A DNA stretch of 38,649 bases from Asterionella formosa. Taxonomy: Eukaryota. The notes under the pieces are model-generated. The model did not search any database, had not been told where the DNA came from, and saw only the letters and a program-made list of their open reading frames with translations. The position numbers and the translations under genes are program-made. The DNA lies in the NCBI GenBank assembly GCA_002256025.1, contig NKIB01015041.1, positions 1 through 38,649 of the forward strand. Direction: 5' to 3'. Each line of letters starts with the position of its first letter. Position 1 is the first letter of the stretch. Shown in pieces: positions 1 to 9,809 of the stretch.

Positions 1-649
1 AACAATCTGTAAAGACCGAATCGTATGCAGGATTACCAGATCTAAGTAGAGCAGGATGACCCTTGTGGGTACTGCATCCCTTATACCACTCATCAAAGGG
101 CATATCACGACAGTCTTGACAAGCCTGTATGTAGTTACCAGTTTGATTGTGAGCCTTATGAATGCACCATACTGCCGTACGAAATCCCTTACGCGTTTCA
201 GGGGCATTCCAATCCCCACGACATTTTATAAGATGCCCCATGACATCGTAAACTTCCTTTCCACCAAGATCCAATAATGTCATACTTGGTGCATTGTATT
301 TCCACCATACATACATTACAAGGGATTCTACCTTCATCGATGGACAGTTTGCAGGACATTTGTCCCTAAGCATCAACAGTGACTCATAATCACCAATCAA
401 CTTGAAGAATTTTGTAAGACCACGAAAGTGAACCTCATAGCTTATCGCTGTACGATACCGGAGTGCACTTGTACCAGTCAATTTTGCCAAGCGTCGGTCA
501 ACAGATGTCTTTTTCAATTTGTCCAAAGCATTCAGAATTCCTTGGGCTACTTTATCTTCAATATCTGCTGGTGTATCCTTGGCATATAAGACATCCCGAG
601 GTAGATTGGCAAGCTTTTTAGTCTCACCGCGTGTATTCTTCTTACTCAT
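1..649 (-). CDS. Partial ORF (216 codons, open off the left edge); Cys/His-rich protein, possibly the N-terminal half of a tyrosine recombinase of a Crypton-like element
   Basis: Manual translation from ATG at 649 has no stop down to base 1: MSKKNTRGETKKLANLPRDVLYAKD...YEVHFRGLTKFFKLIGDYESLLMLRDKCPANCPSM...KCRGDWNAP...CIHKAHNQTGNYIQACQDC...GCSTHKGHPALLRSGNPAYDSVF. It is absent from the ORF track because no stop lies in the window. The ORF is directly visible; the family call is recalled resemblance only. Confidence 0.6.
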   Translation of the reverse strand, partial: MSKKNTRGETKKLANLPRDVLYAKDTPADIEDKVAQGILNALDKLKKTSVDRRLAKLTGTSALRYRTAISYEVHFRGLTKFFKLIGDYESLLMLRDKCPANCPSMKVESLVMYVWWKYNAPSMTLLDLGGKEVYDVMGHLIKCRGDWNAPETRKGFRTAVWCIHKAHNQTGNYIQACQDCRDMPFDEWYKGCSTHKGHPALLRSGNPAYDSVFTDC

Positions 650-795
650 TCTGACAATTCAAGTATATGGATGCGAAATTGGCAAGTTAAGTGAACAAAT
701 TATTCATCAAATGTTGGCGGGCTGTAATTTTTAGGATCACATGTATTCCTATACAGTTATGCATATTTATATAGTTGCACGGATTTGATATAGTC

Positions 796-867
796 TGGTG
801 CAATTCAGGTTACTCTAAGTAAAGTGGTGCAATTGGTGGTGCAATTGTGGTGCAACGGTGGTGCAAA
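796..867. repeat. Cluster of five (G)TGGTGCAA motifs
   Basis: tggtgcaa near 796, 825, 837, 848 and 859, about 150-220 bp upstream of the edge ORF ATG. Confidence 0.7.
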
Positions 868-1577
868 TGCCAATGGGCAGTTGAATTTACGAATAGTTTT
901 TCCAGTTTCATCCCGTTTTGGGAAAAGTCCCGGTAGACTACTGGCATTAGCTATAGTATGGACTGGATGTTGCAGATCGACCACCAAACAAGAAGTTCAT
1001 AGCTAAGATTCAAAATTTTAAAACTTATTTACATTTCGTATGGACAGCATGATGATGCAAATTTCATGAATAAATTAATTCGTGCCGGTATGATAATGAG
1101 GTACCGGTTCCAGTACCAGTACCAGTACCAGTACCAGGTACCAGGTACCCGAATGCATAAATGGAGAATTGGAGACTGGTACCGGTACCACCTTTCCAAG
1201 AATCGCTCTGGAGGCAAAAGGAAAAGCGAAACTGAAGCGAAAAGAAAAATTACATGCCGCATGTATATATATATATATGCATTCTGCATGGCTCCATGTA
1301 TATAAAAGGTTATGTCGTAGATAGCCTACCGATAGGTCTCTTGGTACCAGGTACCAGGTAATAAGACCGGTATCCCGGTATCGGTGGTACCTGGTACAAG
1401 AGGATACCGGTATACCGGTAGTAGTCTACAGTTTACTTTTTATAAATCAACGCGAGGAATTTGAAGATTGGTTTTCTAGACATATAAATGATGGTATCAC
1501 CAAGTACTTGTTACTATGTACCAACCAGGGTACCTGGTACTCCTGTTACTGGTACCAGTACCGGTACATAGGAGCAC

Positions 1578-1673
1578 CTGGCAAGTTGCGGTAATTGTGC
1601 TGAGTCTAAAAGTTTAGCTATCTTTATCCGATATAAAATTGTTTGTTGAAGCAAAATGACCGCAACTTGCCAG
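1578..1673. mobile_element. ~96-bp MITE-like element with 24-bp terminal inverted repeats
   Basis: Left end ctggcaagttgcggtaattgtgct versus reverse complement of right end ctggcaagttgcggtcattttgct (2 mismatches). A colinear second copy lies at 16579-16673. Confidence 0.8.
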
Positions 1674-2171
1674 TACCTGCCAGGTGCGATATCATTTGAG
1701 TGCGCGTGACGTACACTGGTAAGCATTTGGGATACTTCCTTGATGGGACGGATTTTCGGAGTATACGCTTGTACAATACGGTATATAAAGGACTCAATGA
1801 TTTTCAATCCCCTAAATAACCATGCTTAACTTGCAAAAACTTGAATGTAATCCACATGTCTGGAGACGTTCATTCCACATAGGACAGTTTTGTATATAAG
1901 AGTCATGCAGCCAGGGTCGTAATGTCTGGTGCCGTACATACAGGAATAAACATCGAAGCCGGGAAATTGGTGACGCACAAGCGCACCTCCTCATCCGACA
2001 CGACAAAATTTGGGCATCGTGCTCTTCGTTGGATAATATTATTTTGAATCCACATTGACGTAAATGACCATCAGCAAGACGGCACGTACTGAAGGAATAA
2101 CATATGTATACCGATTGCTTTCGAATTTACTCGTCCAAAGATCCGATCATTTTTTCACAGCATCAATTAGG

Positions 2172-3824
2172 ATGAAGGCCATCTTGTTTTCGTTCGCTTT
2201 GCTGCTCTCCTTTTCTAATGGAGAAGCCAAGGACAGAAGCCTCATTCGAGGCGGGGGATCCAATGGGAAAAAGAGAGGCAAGACCCCACAGCCAGCCCCA
2301 GCTGCCGCCACTATTCCAGTCTCAACCCCGGCCCCTGTCACTCCATTTCCTTCAGCAGCTTCAGTGCATTGTGGTTGTGACACTTGCACAGATGCCATCT
2401 GGAACGCCGACGCCGCTGGCTTCACTTGTGGCGCACGAATCTTGTGGGTTCTTGGATCCAACCCCGAGGCATATCCTAATGAACAAGCCGCATGCGCTCG
2501 CGTTGCTGGACTTGAGTTCCCTACGGTTTGTGGACCTGCATGTGATCCGGCTCGATGCTCCATCAGTCCTACACCACCAACGCCGGTTCCAACGCCTTCG
2601 CCAACAACAACAACAACAACAACACATTGTGGTTGTCCGTCCTGTACAACAGAAATCTGGAATGCCATGGCAGATGGATTCACTTGTGGTGCACGCGTGA
2701 CGTGGCTCACGGAGAACTATCCACAAGCCTATCCGACAGAATCAAGTGCTTGTGCCACCGTTGCTGGAGTGGAATTTCCATCGGTATGTGGACCTGCCTG
2801 CGATCCCGCTCAGTGTACTGCTACAACGACCACGTCTACTACTACAACTCCTCAACCCACAATGGCCCCCATGACACCTTCGGCATCCATCACGACGCCA
2901 GCGCCGTCGCTTCAACAAGATACCACAGCTTCAGCCGGCCCAACAACACAGGAATTGTACTGTTATCCTCCCTACGCTGATAGGACAAGATACACCAATG
3001 TGTGGTCCAAGTATACAGTCGAAGTCAAGGAAAGCAGTGCCCTCTGTGGACCAGGTAATAATTTATTCTCCACAAACACTGTTGCTTTGAATTCTGGAGA
3101 TGCATTGACCATGAGCTACAAAAAAGTTGGCTCAAATTGGGAGGCCAGTGAAGTGAGAGTGTTGCTCCCCGACAGTGCTGCAAAATTCACGTATGGGACC
3201 TACAGTTTCTCCGTAAGCAGTGTTTCGGTCATTGATACGACTGATTCATCGATTGTGTCCAAGATCTTACCAGAGAATTTGGTTTTGGGATTGTTCACAT
3301 GGGATGACACGGAACGGTACGACATTCATGAGAATATGAATCATGAGGTTGATATTGAGATTTCTCGATGGTCCAATGCTAGTGATGCCGATATTCAGTT
3401 CCTGGTACAACCTGTCGAGGCCCCTTCTCGATACCGCTTCTATTCTGGTGCAGATCACTCCTCCCTTGATCCTGGGGGTCATACATATGCCTTTACGTGG
3501 AATCCTGGTCAGATTGATTGGACCTCAACCGCAGGTGGGGGTCAAACTCACATGTATGCGACTCAAACATCCATTTTGAATGGCGTCCAAGATTATGTCC
3601 AATGTCTTCCTGCCAACATGGAAGTACGCATAAATTTGTGGAATAGCAATGGTCCCGTGGCACCTTCTGGTCTGGGTGACAATTTCAAGGTGGAAGTGAC
3701 TATTGATAATTTCACTTATACTCCATCCGGTCTTGCGTTTGTTCCCAATGGTGGATATTGCTCAAAAGATTGCATGTGTGCTGCAACATCTAGTTGTGTC
3801 AGTGGCAAATGTGTAGCAAGTTGA
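2172..3824 (+). CDS. Secreted protein: two Cys-rich repeats, Pro/Thr linkers and a C-terminal GH16-like (beta-glucanase-like) domain
   Basis: Signal peptide MKAILFSFALLLSFSNG from ATG 2172 (the track ORF starts at 2064). Two ~64-aa repeats HCGC.TCT..IWNA.A.GFTCGAR..W...C..VAG.EFP.VCGPACDP..C. Motifs YGTYSF and GLFTWD, and catalytic-type E-x-D-x-E in HEVDIEISRW. Confidence 0.75.
   Translation: MKAILFSFALLLSFSNGEAKDRSLIRGGGSNGKKRGKTPQPAPAAATIPVSTPAPVTPFPSAASVHCGCDTCTDAIWNADAAGFTCGARILWVLGSNPEAYPNEQAACARVAGLEFPTVCGPACDPARCSISPTPPTPVPTPSPTTTTTTTHCGCPSCTTEIWNAMADGFTCGARVTWLTENYPQAYPTESSACATVAGVEFPSVCGPACDPAQCTATTTTSTTTTPQPTMAPMTPSASITTPAPSLQQDTTASAGPTTQELYCYPPYADRTRYTNVWSKYTVEVKESSALCGPGNNLFSTNTVALNSGDALTMSYKKVGSNWEASEVRVLLPDSAAKFTYGTYSFSVSSVSVIDTTDSSIVSKILPENLVLGLFTWDDTERYDIHENMNHEVDIEISRWSNASDADIQFLVQPVEAPSRYRFYSGADHSSLDPGGHTYAFTWNPGQIDWTSTAGGGQTHMYATQTSILNGVQDYVQCLPANMEVRINLWNSNGPVAPSGLGDNFKVEVTIDNFTYTPSGLAFVPNGGYCSKDCMCAATSSCVSGKCVAS
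2367..2816 (+). repeat. Two copies of a 192-bp Cys-rich coding module (2367-2558, 2625-2816) separated by a Pro/Thr linker containing an (ACA)n run
   Basis: Direct alignment of the two translated segments, with identical Cys spacing. Confidence 0.85.
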
Positions 3825-4265
3825 TATTGATAAAGGTGGGGAGCAAAAAACATTGGTATTGGTTATAAAAACATATACAGAGCATAATAGATACTCAAAA
3901 TTGAAATAGTTGGTTCCCGAAAGTAAAATAATTTCAGAACAAACAACATCTTCAATTATCACAGCAGCAACGTATCATGTTTTAATCCTTCGTTGTTGAA
4001 AAGGGATAATTTGCCGCACAATCATGATGTACAAAAAATCCAATTTCCCCAAGTCGCTGCCTTTTATACACCATGTAACTATAGTCTCGCTCTTGGAAAG
4101 GAATTGTTCGAATGTAAGCGCAATACCATGTGATGGAAGGCATCATGGACGAAGGCACGAGTATAAATATATACATATACTTCTCTTTCTTGAGCATGCA
4201 AAGGAAAGAATCAGACGGCGACGATTCATTTCTCAGTGTATATATAATAAATATGCGTTTGGGCG

Positions 4266-5072
4266 TTAGGGTTTGTATTCAATTTCAAGTATGTTGATGA
4301 TATCCTTGCCTCGTTTTGGTACAGACGACAGTTCCACATATGATTCTAAGCATGACGTGCAACCTTCGGGGACTGTCACATTGGCCAAAGAAGTAATGTC
4401 CATATTGTACTCTCGTCGTGCCAAGTCATAAAACTCGTCCAAATGTTGACGTGTGGATTGAGTCGCAAATAGACATTTGCAATGGCAATAATCATTCAAC
4501 TTCCAAATAAGTACCATGGTATCTAGTAAAGGTCGAAACAGAGTTTGACGGTAAATAATATCTGCTCCAATCATGTAGACACAATGAGGATCACTTTTTC
4601 TTGAGCACTGAAGGATTCTTGATGTCAGTGCCTTTGGTAGACAAGGCTCACCCCATGTCAGTTCCTCCACGCCTACTTCCACTACTTTACCACCATTTTC
4701 AATAATAATGTCCTGATTCAATTGAACATTTTCCTGCAACAATGGGATTGCGTCCGGCAAATCTGTCAAGACAACATGCTGATACCCCAACCTGAATCCC
4801 ATGCCTAACCCAACAATGCCAGTGCCAGCACCCAAATCAATCACCAGAGCAGCATCCGCCATCTGATGTTCTCTTAAATAGCACAACATCCCAATCCCTC
4901 CATCCCAAAGACACGAGTGAATTCCCCAACGATGGTCATTAGATCCGTATTGCAAAAGGTGAATTTGTGATTGCAAGGAATCGACAGTAATAGACAATTT
5001 TGGAGATTCTTCTCGACCCCAAAGATCGACATGGTCGTCGTCGACCTTGTCGTCCTTTTTCGTAGGAGTCAT
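4266..5072 (-). CDS. METTL21-like (Methyltransf_16) SAM-dependent protein-lysine methyltransferase
   Basis: LWDGGIGMLCYL, motif I VIDLGAGTGIVGL, VVLTDLPDAIPLLQENVQLN, ELTWG and the family hallmark DxxY (GADIIY). First ATG at 5072 (the track start at 5078 is GTG). Confidence 0.85.
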   Translation of the reverse strand: MTPTKKDDKVDDDHVDLWGREESPKLSITVDSLQSQIHLLQYGSNDHRWGIHSCLWDGGIGMLCYLREHQMADAALVIDLGAGTGIVGLGMGFRLGYQHVVLTDLPDAIPLLQENVQLNQDIIIENGGKVVEVGVEELTWGEPCLPKALTSRILQCSRKSDPHCVYMIGADIIYRQTLFRPLLDTMVLIWKLNDYCHCKCLFATQSTRQHLDEFYDLARREYNMDITSLANVTVPEGCTSCLESYVELSSVPKRGKDIINILEIEYKP

Positions 5073-6167
5073 CGACACAGACTAGTGTACCGGTGGCTAT
5101 TCCTATGCCTGCATATGTCCCTCGTTACAAAACCCTTGTTGCTGACGGATTGCTCTGCATTTGGTTTTATAAGCACACAAACATAGTACCTGGTACCAGG
5201 TACACTCGGAGTGCTATTTTTGTGCGGTCGCGCTATTATCCAACTTAGTAAAAAATAGTGTACCTGGTACTGGTCGTTATTTTGTGGTGAAGTTAATACA
5301 ATGTCATTACCAGTACTGGTACAAGGTAGACCGATTGATTTGTCCTGGTATGTACGTGGTAACCAAGTACCAGGTACTTTATTTACTACCGGTACATGTT
5401 TGTGTGTTGTTTTTCTTTTCTTGTAAAGGAGCGATTCAGCAGCAGCCATGAGACGGCAATTCGGATATCGTGCTCTCTACCCAATATACCGGTAGGAGTA
5501 CCGGTACCTGGTAAATCGTTTCGTAAAAAATGCACTTCCCTTGTTTGCCACCGGTTGCCCAACTTCCATACCGGTATTCTTTTTAATAACACATTGAAAC
5601 AATCGTGCTTATTATTTTTAAAACAAATTCCGGCATAATCTGCCATGGACATTTATGGACCATTATTAAAACCCCACGTCGATTCCTTCTTCGAATTCCA
5701 TTTTTCGCTTGGCTGGCAATTGCTTACGGCTTGGGCCATTATTCATGAAGGACTTCGATCCTCATTTTTTTCCCACGGCAGTCGTGACAAGATACAAATC
5801 TATTCTACCAGTAGGCAGTCTACCGGTACCGGTAGTCTAGTTACCTGGTACTGAACTATGATAAAAACATACATACAGTAGTATACCGGTAGGGAGCATT
5901 ACGTAGACCAGCCCCCGCCATGTCAGAGGCATCCTGATGTGGTGGCTCGTTGTTGTGAACGATTGCCAGGTACCATCGTCAGCATGCACATGAAAAAAGC
6001 CAACACATGTGATGGCTTTTTTGATACACCAGAGTACCGGTACCTGGTATTGTCCTGCGATAAAATTACACATACCGGTCTAAGTACGCTCGGGAAAAAT
6101 TTCTTCTTTCCACTCCTTTCTCACACAGGAAATTTCTGTAATTTTCCTTGCAAATAATAGCATCATC

Positions 6168-7070
6168 ATGTTACGAAGCTCTGAAGTGCTGCCTCCACGC
6201 CATTCGAACCATGTTACGACCCCAATGCCTATAGACTCGTTGTCTCAACGAGGAGGAGTTGCATCATTGTGGCCACATTGGCCACTCAATATCGTACCAG
6301 ATGCATCCACCGTTTGTAAAGTACCAGCTGACCTACCAGGTTCGCCTGATGACAACACCACTACCAAAGCTTCATGTCCAATTGGTATTCCATTTGAATT
6401 TGAATCAGATCTCTTTAAAGGAAAGGCTCTCTTTCGCTTTCGTGATCTCGAAACATCTGAGGATCCCATTTCGGATGCCAAGTATTTTCAATCTCGCAAA
6501 CGCAAGAGTCAAATTGTCATTCAAGGTCGCTTTAAAAAGGCCACTAGTGTATCACATGTCATGACTGGAAGACGATTTGATAAGCCATTATCATTAGTTC
6601 CACCACCATTTGTGGAACGCATCATTCAACGATTTTTGAAAAAGCGTGCTCCGGGAGCAAAGGTAGAGTTGACATGCACAACCCCTCTGGTGTTGGCTCC
6701 GTATTTTGCAAGTGTCCAAGTGATGCGAGCCGACACTCCTGGTTCAGAACCCAACATTGCTTCTGTGAATGGGTTTTCTGAAAATGTTTTGAACGAAAAT
6801 GGTCAGTCTGTTAGTTCAGAGGAACGTAAAAAGATCTTTTCGGACCCCCACTGCCGTTACATGTTGAATCCAGAGGATACAGTGTATACGTTTGAGACGT
6901 ATGATGATTCATTCGACTACGCAACGTACACAATGGACTTTCGTGTCTTTCGCTTTGATATGAATCGTACACTGAATGGACAACCGATGCATGTCATGGC
7001 TGAGTCCATACTGGAAGGAAAGCCATTGTGGTTGTTTGAGATTTGGCATGAGCGGCTCTTGTTGAATTGA
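6168..7070 (+). CDS. DUF1769-family protein
   Basis: 300-aa ORF with PFEFESDLFKGKALFR, YFQSRKRKSQIVIQGRFKK, VYTFE and LNGQPM...LWLFEIWHE, recalled as typical of DUF1769 proteins. Confidence 0.7.
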   Translation: MLRSSEVLPPRHSNHVTTPMPIDSLSQRGGVASLWPHWPLNIVPDASTVCKVPADLPGSPDDNTTTKASCPIGIPFEFESDLFKGKALFRFRDLETSEDPISDAKYFQSRKRKSQIVIQGRFKKATSVSHVMTGRRFDKPLSLVPPPFVERIIQRFLKKRAPGAKVELTCTTPLVLAPYFASVQVMRADTPGSEPNIASVNGFSENVLNENGQSVSSEERKKIFSDPHCRYMLNPEDTVYTFETYDDSFDYATYTMDFRVFRFDMNRTLNGQPMHVMAESILEGKPLWLFEIWHERLLLN

Positions 7071-7424
7071 ATTGAATTTATTTACATTCATTGGGGACTT
7101 CCTCGCTCTCGTCTGACGATGCATGCTCATTTACTATGGAGAGTGCATTGACATTCGTATTTCTGGTATAGTGTTAAAGATATGTGTAATTTTTGTACAT
7201 TTGTGATTTATAAGCATTTAGCCCGGTGCTATACAAACTACCGGCATGAGATGTCGTTTCGCAAGCATGACTTGCATCTTGCTTCTACCATTGTGGTCAA
7301 ATATCTTGCCACTCTCCTCAATCGAGCGATCCATGAGCTTGAAGGATCAAGTGTCCAGGAAGAAGGCCAAGGAGTGAAGCCATTTACGGTCCAAACAAAC
7401 CACCATTATAAATTTATACCTTCT

Positions 7425-8803
7425 CGGGTTCTTTCCGGCTCATTAGGCTGATTTCAGTCTCTCGTTGAGGCTCAACTTGAAAACCTTATTGTTACTTTCC
7501 TCGAACTTTTGATACATCGTCAAATAGTACTTTTTTCTCCTGATTAAAAGGGCTTGGAATTTGAACTACTAATATTTAGTCATGTGTCAGTCACAACATG
7601 AAAACTCTGCAGACACAGATCAGTCTGGACTGGAAGGACTCAATGCTGCTTCAATGGAATGATGTATTGAAGCATACCCATGGACCATACACAACATGTC
7701 CAAGTCATCATTTTCCAGTCTGCACATTTACTTTGGAGGCGGGAGCTGTCTGAACCACAACGTCTGTCCTGAAAAAATGCTAAAATTTGTAGTGGTGGTA
7801 TAAAACCACTGTAAACCTCATCTTTTTCTGTCATTCATGATCTGCGCACACTTTCCCCTCCACCATTCTCATTTCACCATTATTTTTCATTCCATCTGAG
7901 TGGCTACAGGCTTGCCCTCAACCTTTTGATCAATGGTGAACAAAATTGAATAATTGCAGAGCTCCAAAGGAAAGATGAAATCAAATAACTGGAAGGCAGT
8001 CGACTTCAAACGAATTGGTAATGATGAAAGAATTGGATGCTCTGCCTTTGATCCATTCAACTGGCTCCTGTTGCGAATTCCTGACTTATCCCACTCATTG
8101 TCAAAAAAATTGTTTGCAACTTCTTCATGAAAAAACCTTTGCAGATGCTGGGGCACTGTCAACACCAATAGCAACAAATCTAGCTGGGATGGCAATATCA
8201 TCAGTGTCAAGAACTGCGCCAGTAGTACACTTTACAAGTTTGAGAAGCTCTGAAGGCATCACTTCACCTTCATAGTAAAAGGTGTCTGGATCACCATCGG
8301 AAATGATCTAGAAGTGATTTTCAAGGGCATACATCTCAGTTGTATCAACATCATCTACAGTCCCAGGAGCAGTGACCACAATGGCCATTGCATCCTTACC
8401 TCTGATTTCCTTGAGCTCCCTCTGCCGAAATGTCATTCTTTCAAGTCAATGGTCTTTTGCGATGTTCACATGATGATTTAGGACCCACAGCTACTGGTGA
8501 ATGTACTTGGAAAGGCATGAAACGATGGCACCTTTGCCCATTGTCAAATTTTGTTTTCGCACCATCCCACACAGATATTTTTGAGATTTTTTGATGGGCA
8601 GACTGCTCATCTATAATTTTTTAAACCCCTTATAAAAGCTTATTGACATGCATACCTCCATAAACATCCAGTTCTGTAGATTTAGATTAACTTTTCAGAA
8701 ATGAAATATCCATTGAATTGAGCTATCGGTAGGGGCAAGGGATTGAAAACCCAGACTGAATCCAGTCTATTAGACTGAAATCAGTCTAGCCTGAAAGAAT
8801 CCG
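7425..8803 (-). mobile_element. Degenerate, internally deleted DNA transposon (piggyBac-like) with imperfect TIRs
   Basis: Left end cgggttctttccggctcattaggctgatttcagtct versus reverse complement of right end cggattctttcaggct----agactgatttcagtct. The minus strand carries a broken frame (MGKGAIVSCLSKYIH*...KDH*LE...FFDNEWDKSGIRNR...AFQLFDFIFP) resembling the N-terminus of diatom piggyBac-type transposases. CpG-poor; no clean TTAA duplication seen. Confidence 0.55.
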
Positions 8804-9809
8804 TTATATGATATCAGTAGTCCGTAAAGTACTTTAACCCAAAATTTTACAATTCGTCCGAACCTGATTTTTTTCGAGTTATTATATCTGAAAATACTCT
8901 ATCGAATTTTTCCAATCGTGTTTATTTCGTGTAGCGGGCGCAAACCGTTAGAAGTTTCAACCATTAATTTCACTACGGCTGATGAGTCGGGAAATATCTG
9001 TCGGTTCTGGGAATGAACGGCCAACGAAGAGGGAAAGAATGCAAAATTTTTGCTTTACCAGTACCAGTACCAGGTAAAAAGTTAGTCTCAATGTACGACT
9101 CAATATGAGCTCACATGTCAATTCATGTCCGGTACACCATGCTGCCTGTTCCAGTACAGCCATAACATTCTTGTCCCCGGCCCGGGAGTGTGAAAACCGT
9201 TAAAATACAGCACTTTCCATATCTGTAGTCCTCTCAGTATAACGATAATCTAACTGGTCTGTCAAATTTCTCCTTTTATAGTCTTCGATAAAGAAAGCAC
9301 CGTTTTGGTAATACCTGGAGCACAAGAGTACCGGTACCAGTACGGGTAGCCAAACAGAATCCGTTTCTTGTCTGTTTGTGCAAGATCTATATAAAATAAC
9401 GGTCTTTCTAACCGATCCATTGTCGCAAACCATGCATTGAGTCCCGTCCACACGTCCAGTGCTCCCCAAGTTTGTGATTCAAACACTTTTTGTTCTATTC
9501 GTTGCTGTATACAGGAGCAACGAATTTCACGCCAGCTCGGTGCTCGCTCACAAATATTTCAACACATATTTTATACACACACGTAGGAATATATGATATG
9601 GTATATCTTTACGTGTCTTGTACACAAAGTCCAGTTCAGAGTTTATCTGGTCTTGAAAGGATCCACTTGCACATCATTGTGATGAAGCAATACCTCCTCT
9701 CGGTTGCTTGTCATCGTTGTCTCATCCTTCTGATACTAGCTAGTATACCCCAGACCAGCAGATCATTTCAGCACTCCGATCGATCCCTTCCATTGAAACA
9801 AGCTCAAAA

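Noticed and set aside
1029..1305. ORFs with WYWYWY / QYQYQY runs (and similar VPGT-rich ORFs near 5069-5652 and 24808-25557)
   Set aside because: These are translation artefacts of the GTACCA/GGTACC-rich intergenic motif.
2064..2171. Longer N-terminus of the GH16-like ORF
   Set aside because: The ATG at 2172 directly begins a clean signal peptide, so the upstream part is probably 5' UTR or promoter.
2147..2980. Overlapping alternative-frame and antisense ORFs (also at 13344-14097, 19188-20090, 26453-27395)
   Set aside because: They are shadows of real coding sequences with no independent motifs.
8834..8840. TTAACCC as a piggyBac terminus for the 7425-8803 relic
   Set aside because: It faces away from the element and lies outside the matched inverted repeats.
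8979..9000. CTGATGAGTCGGGAAA resembling a hammerhead ribozyme core
   Set aside because: No stem II closing pair before GAAA, and I could not form convincing stems I and III.
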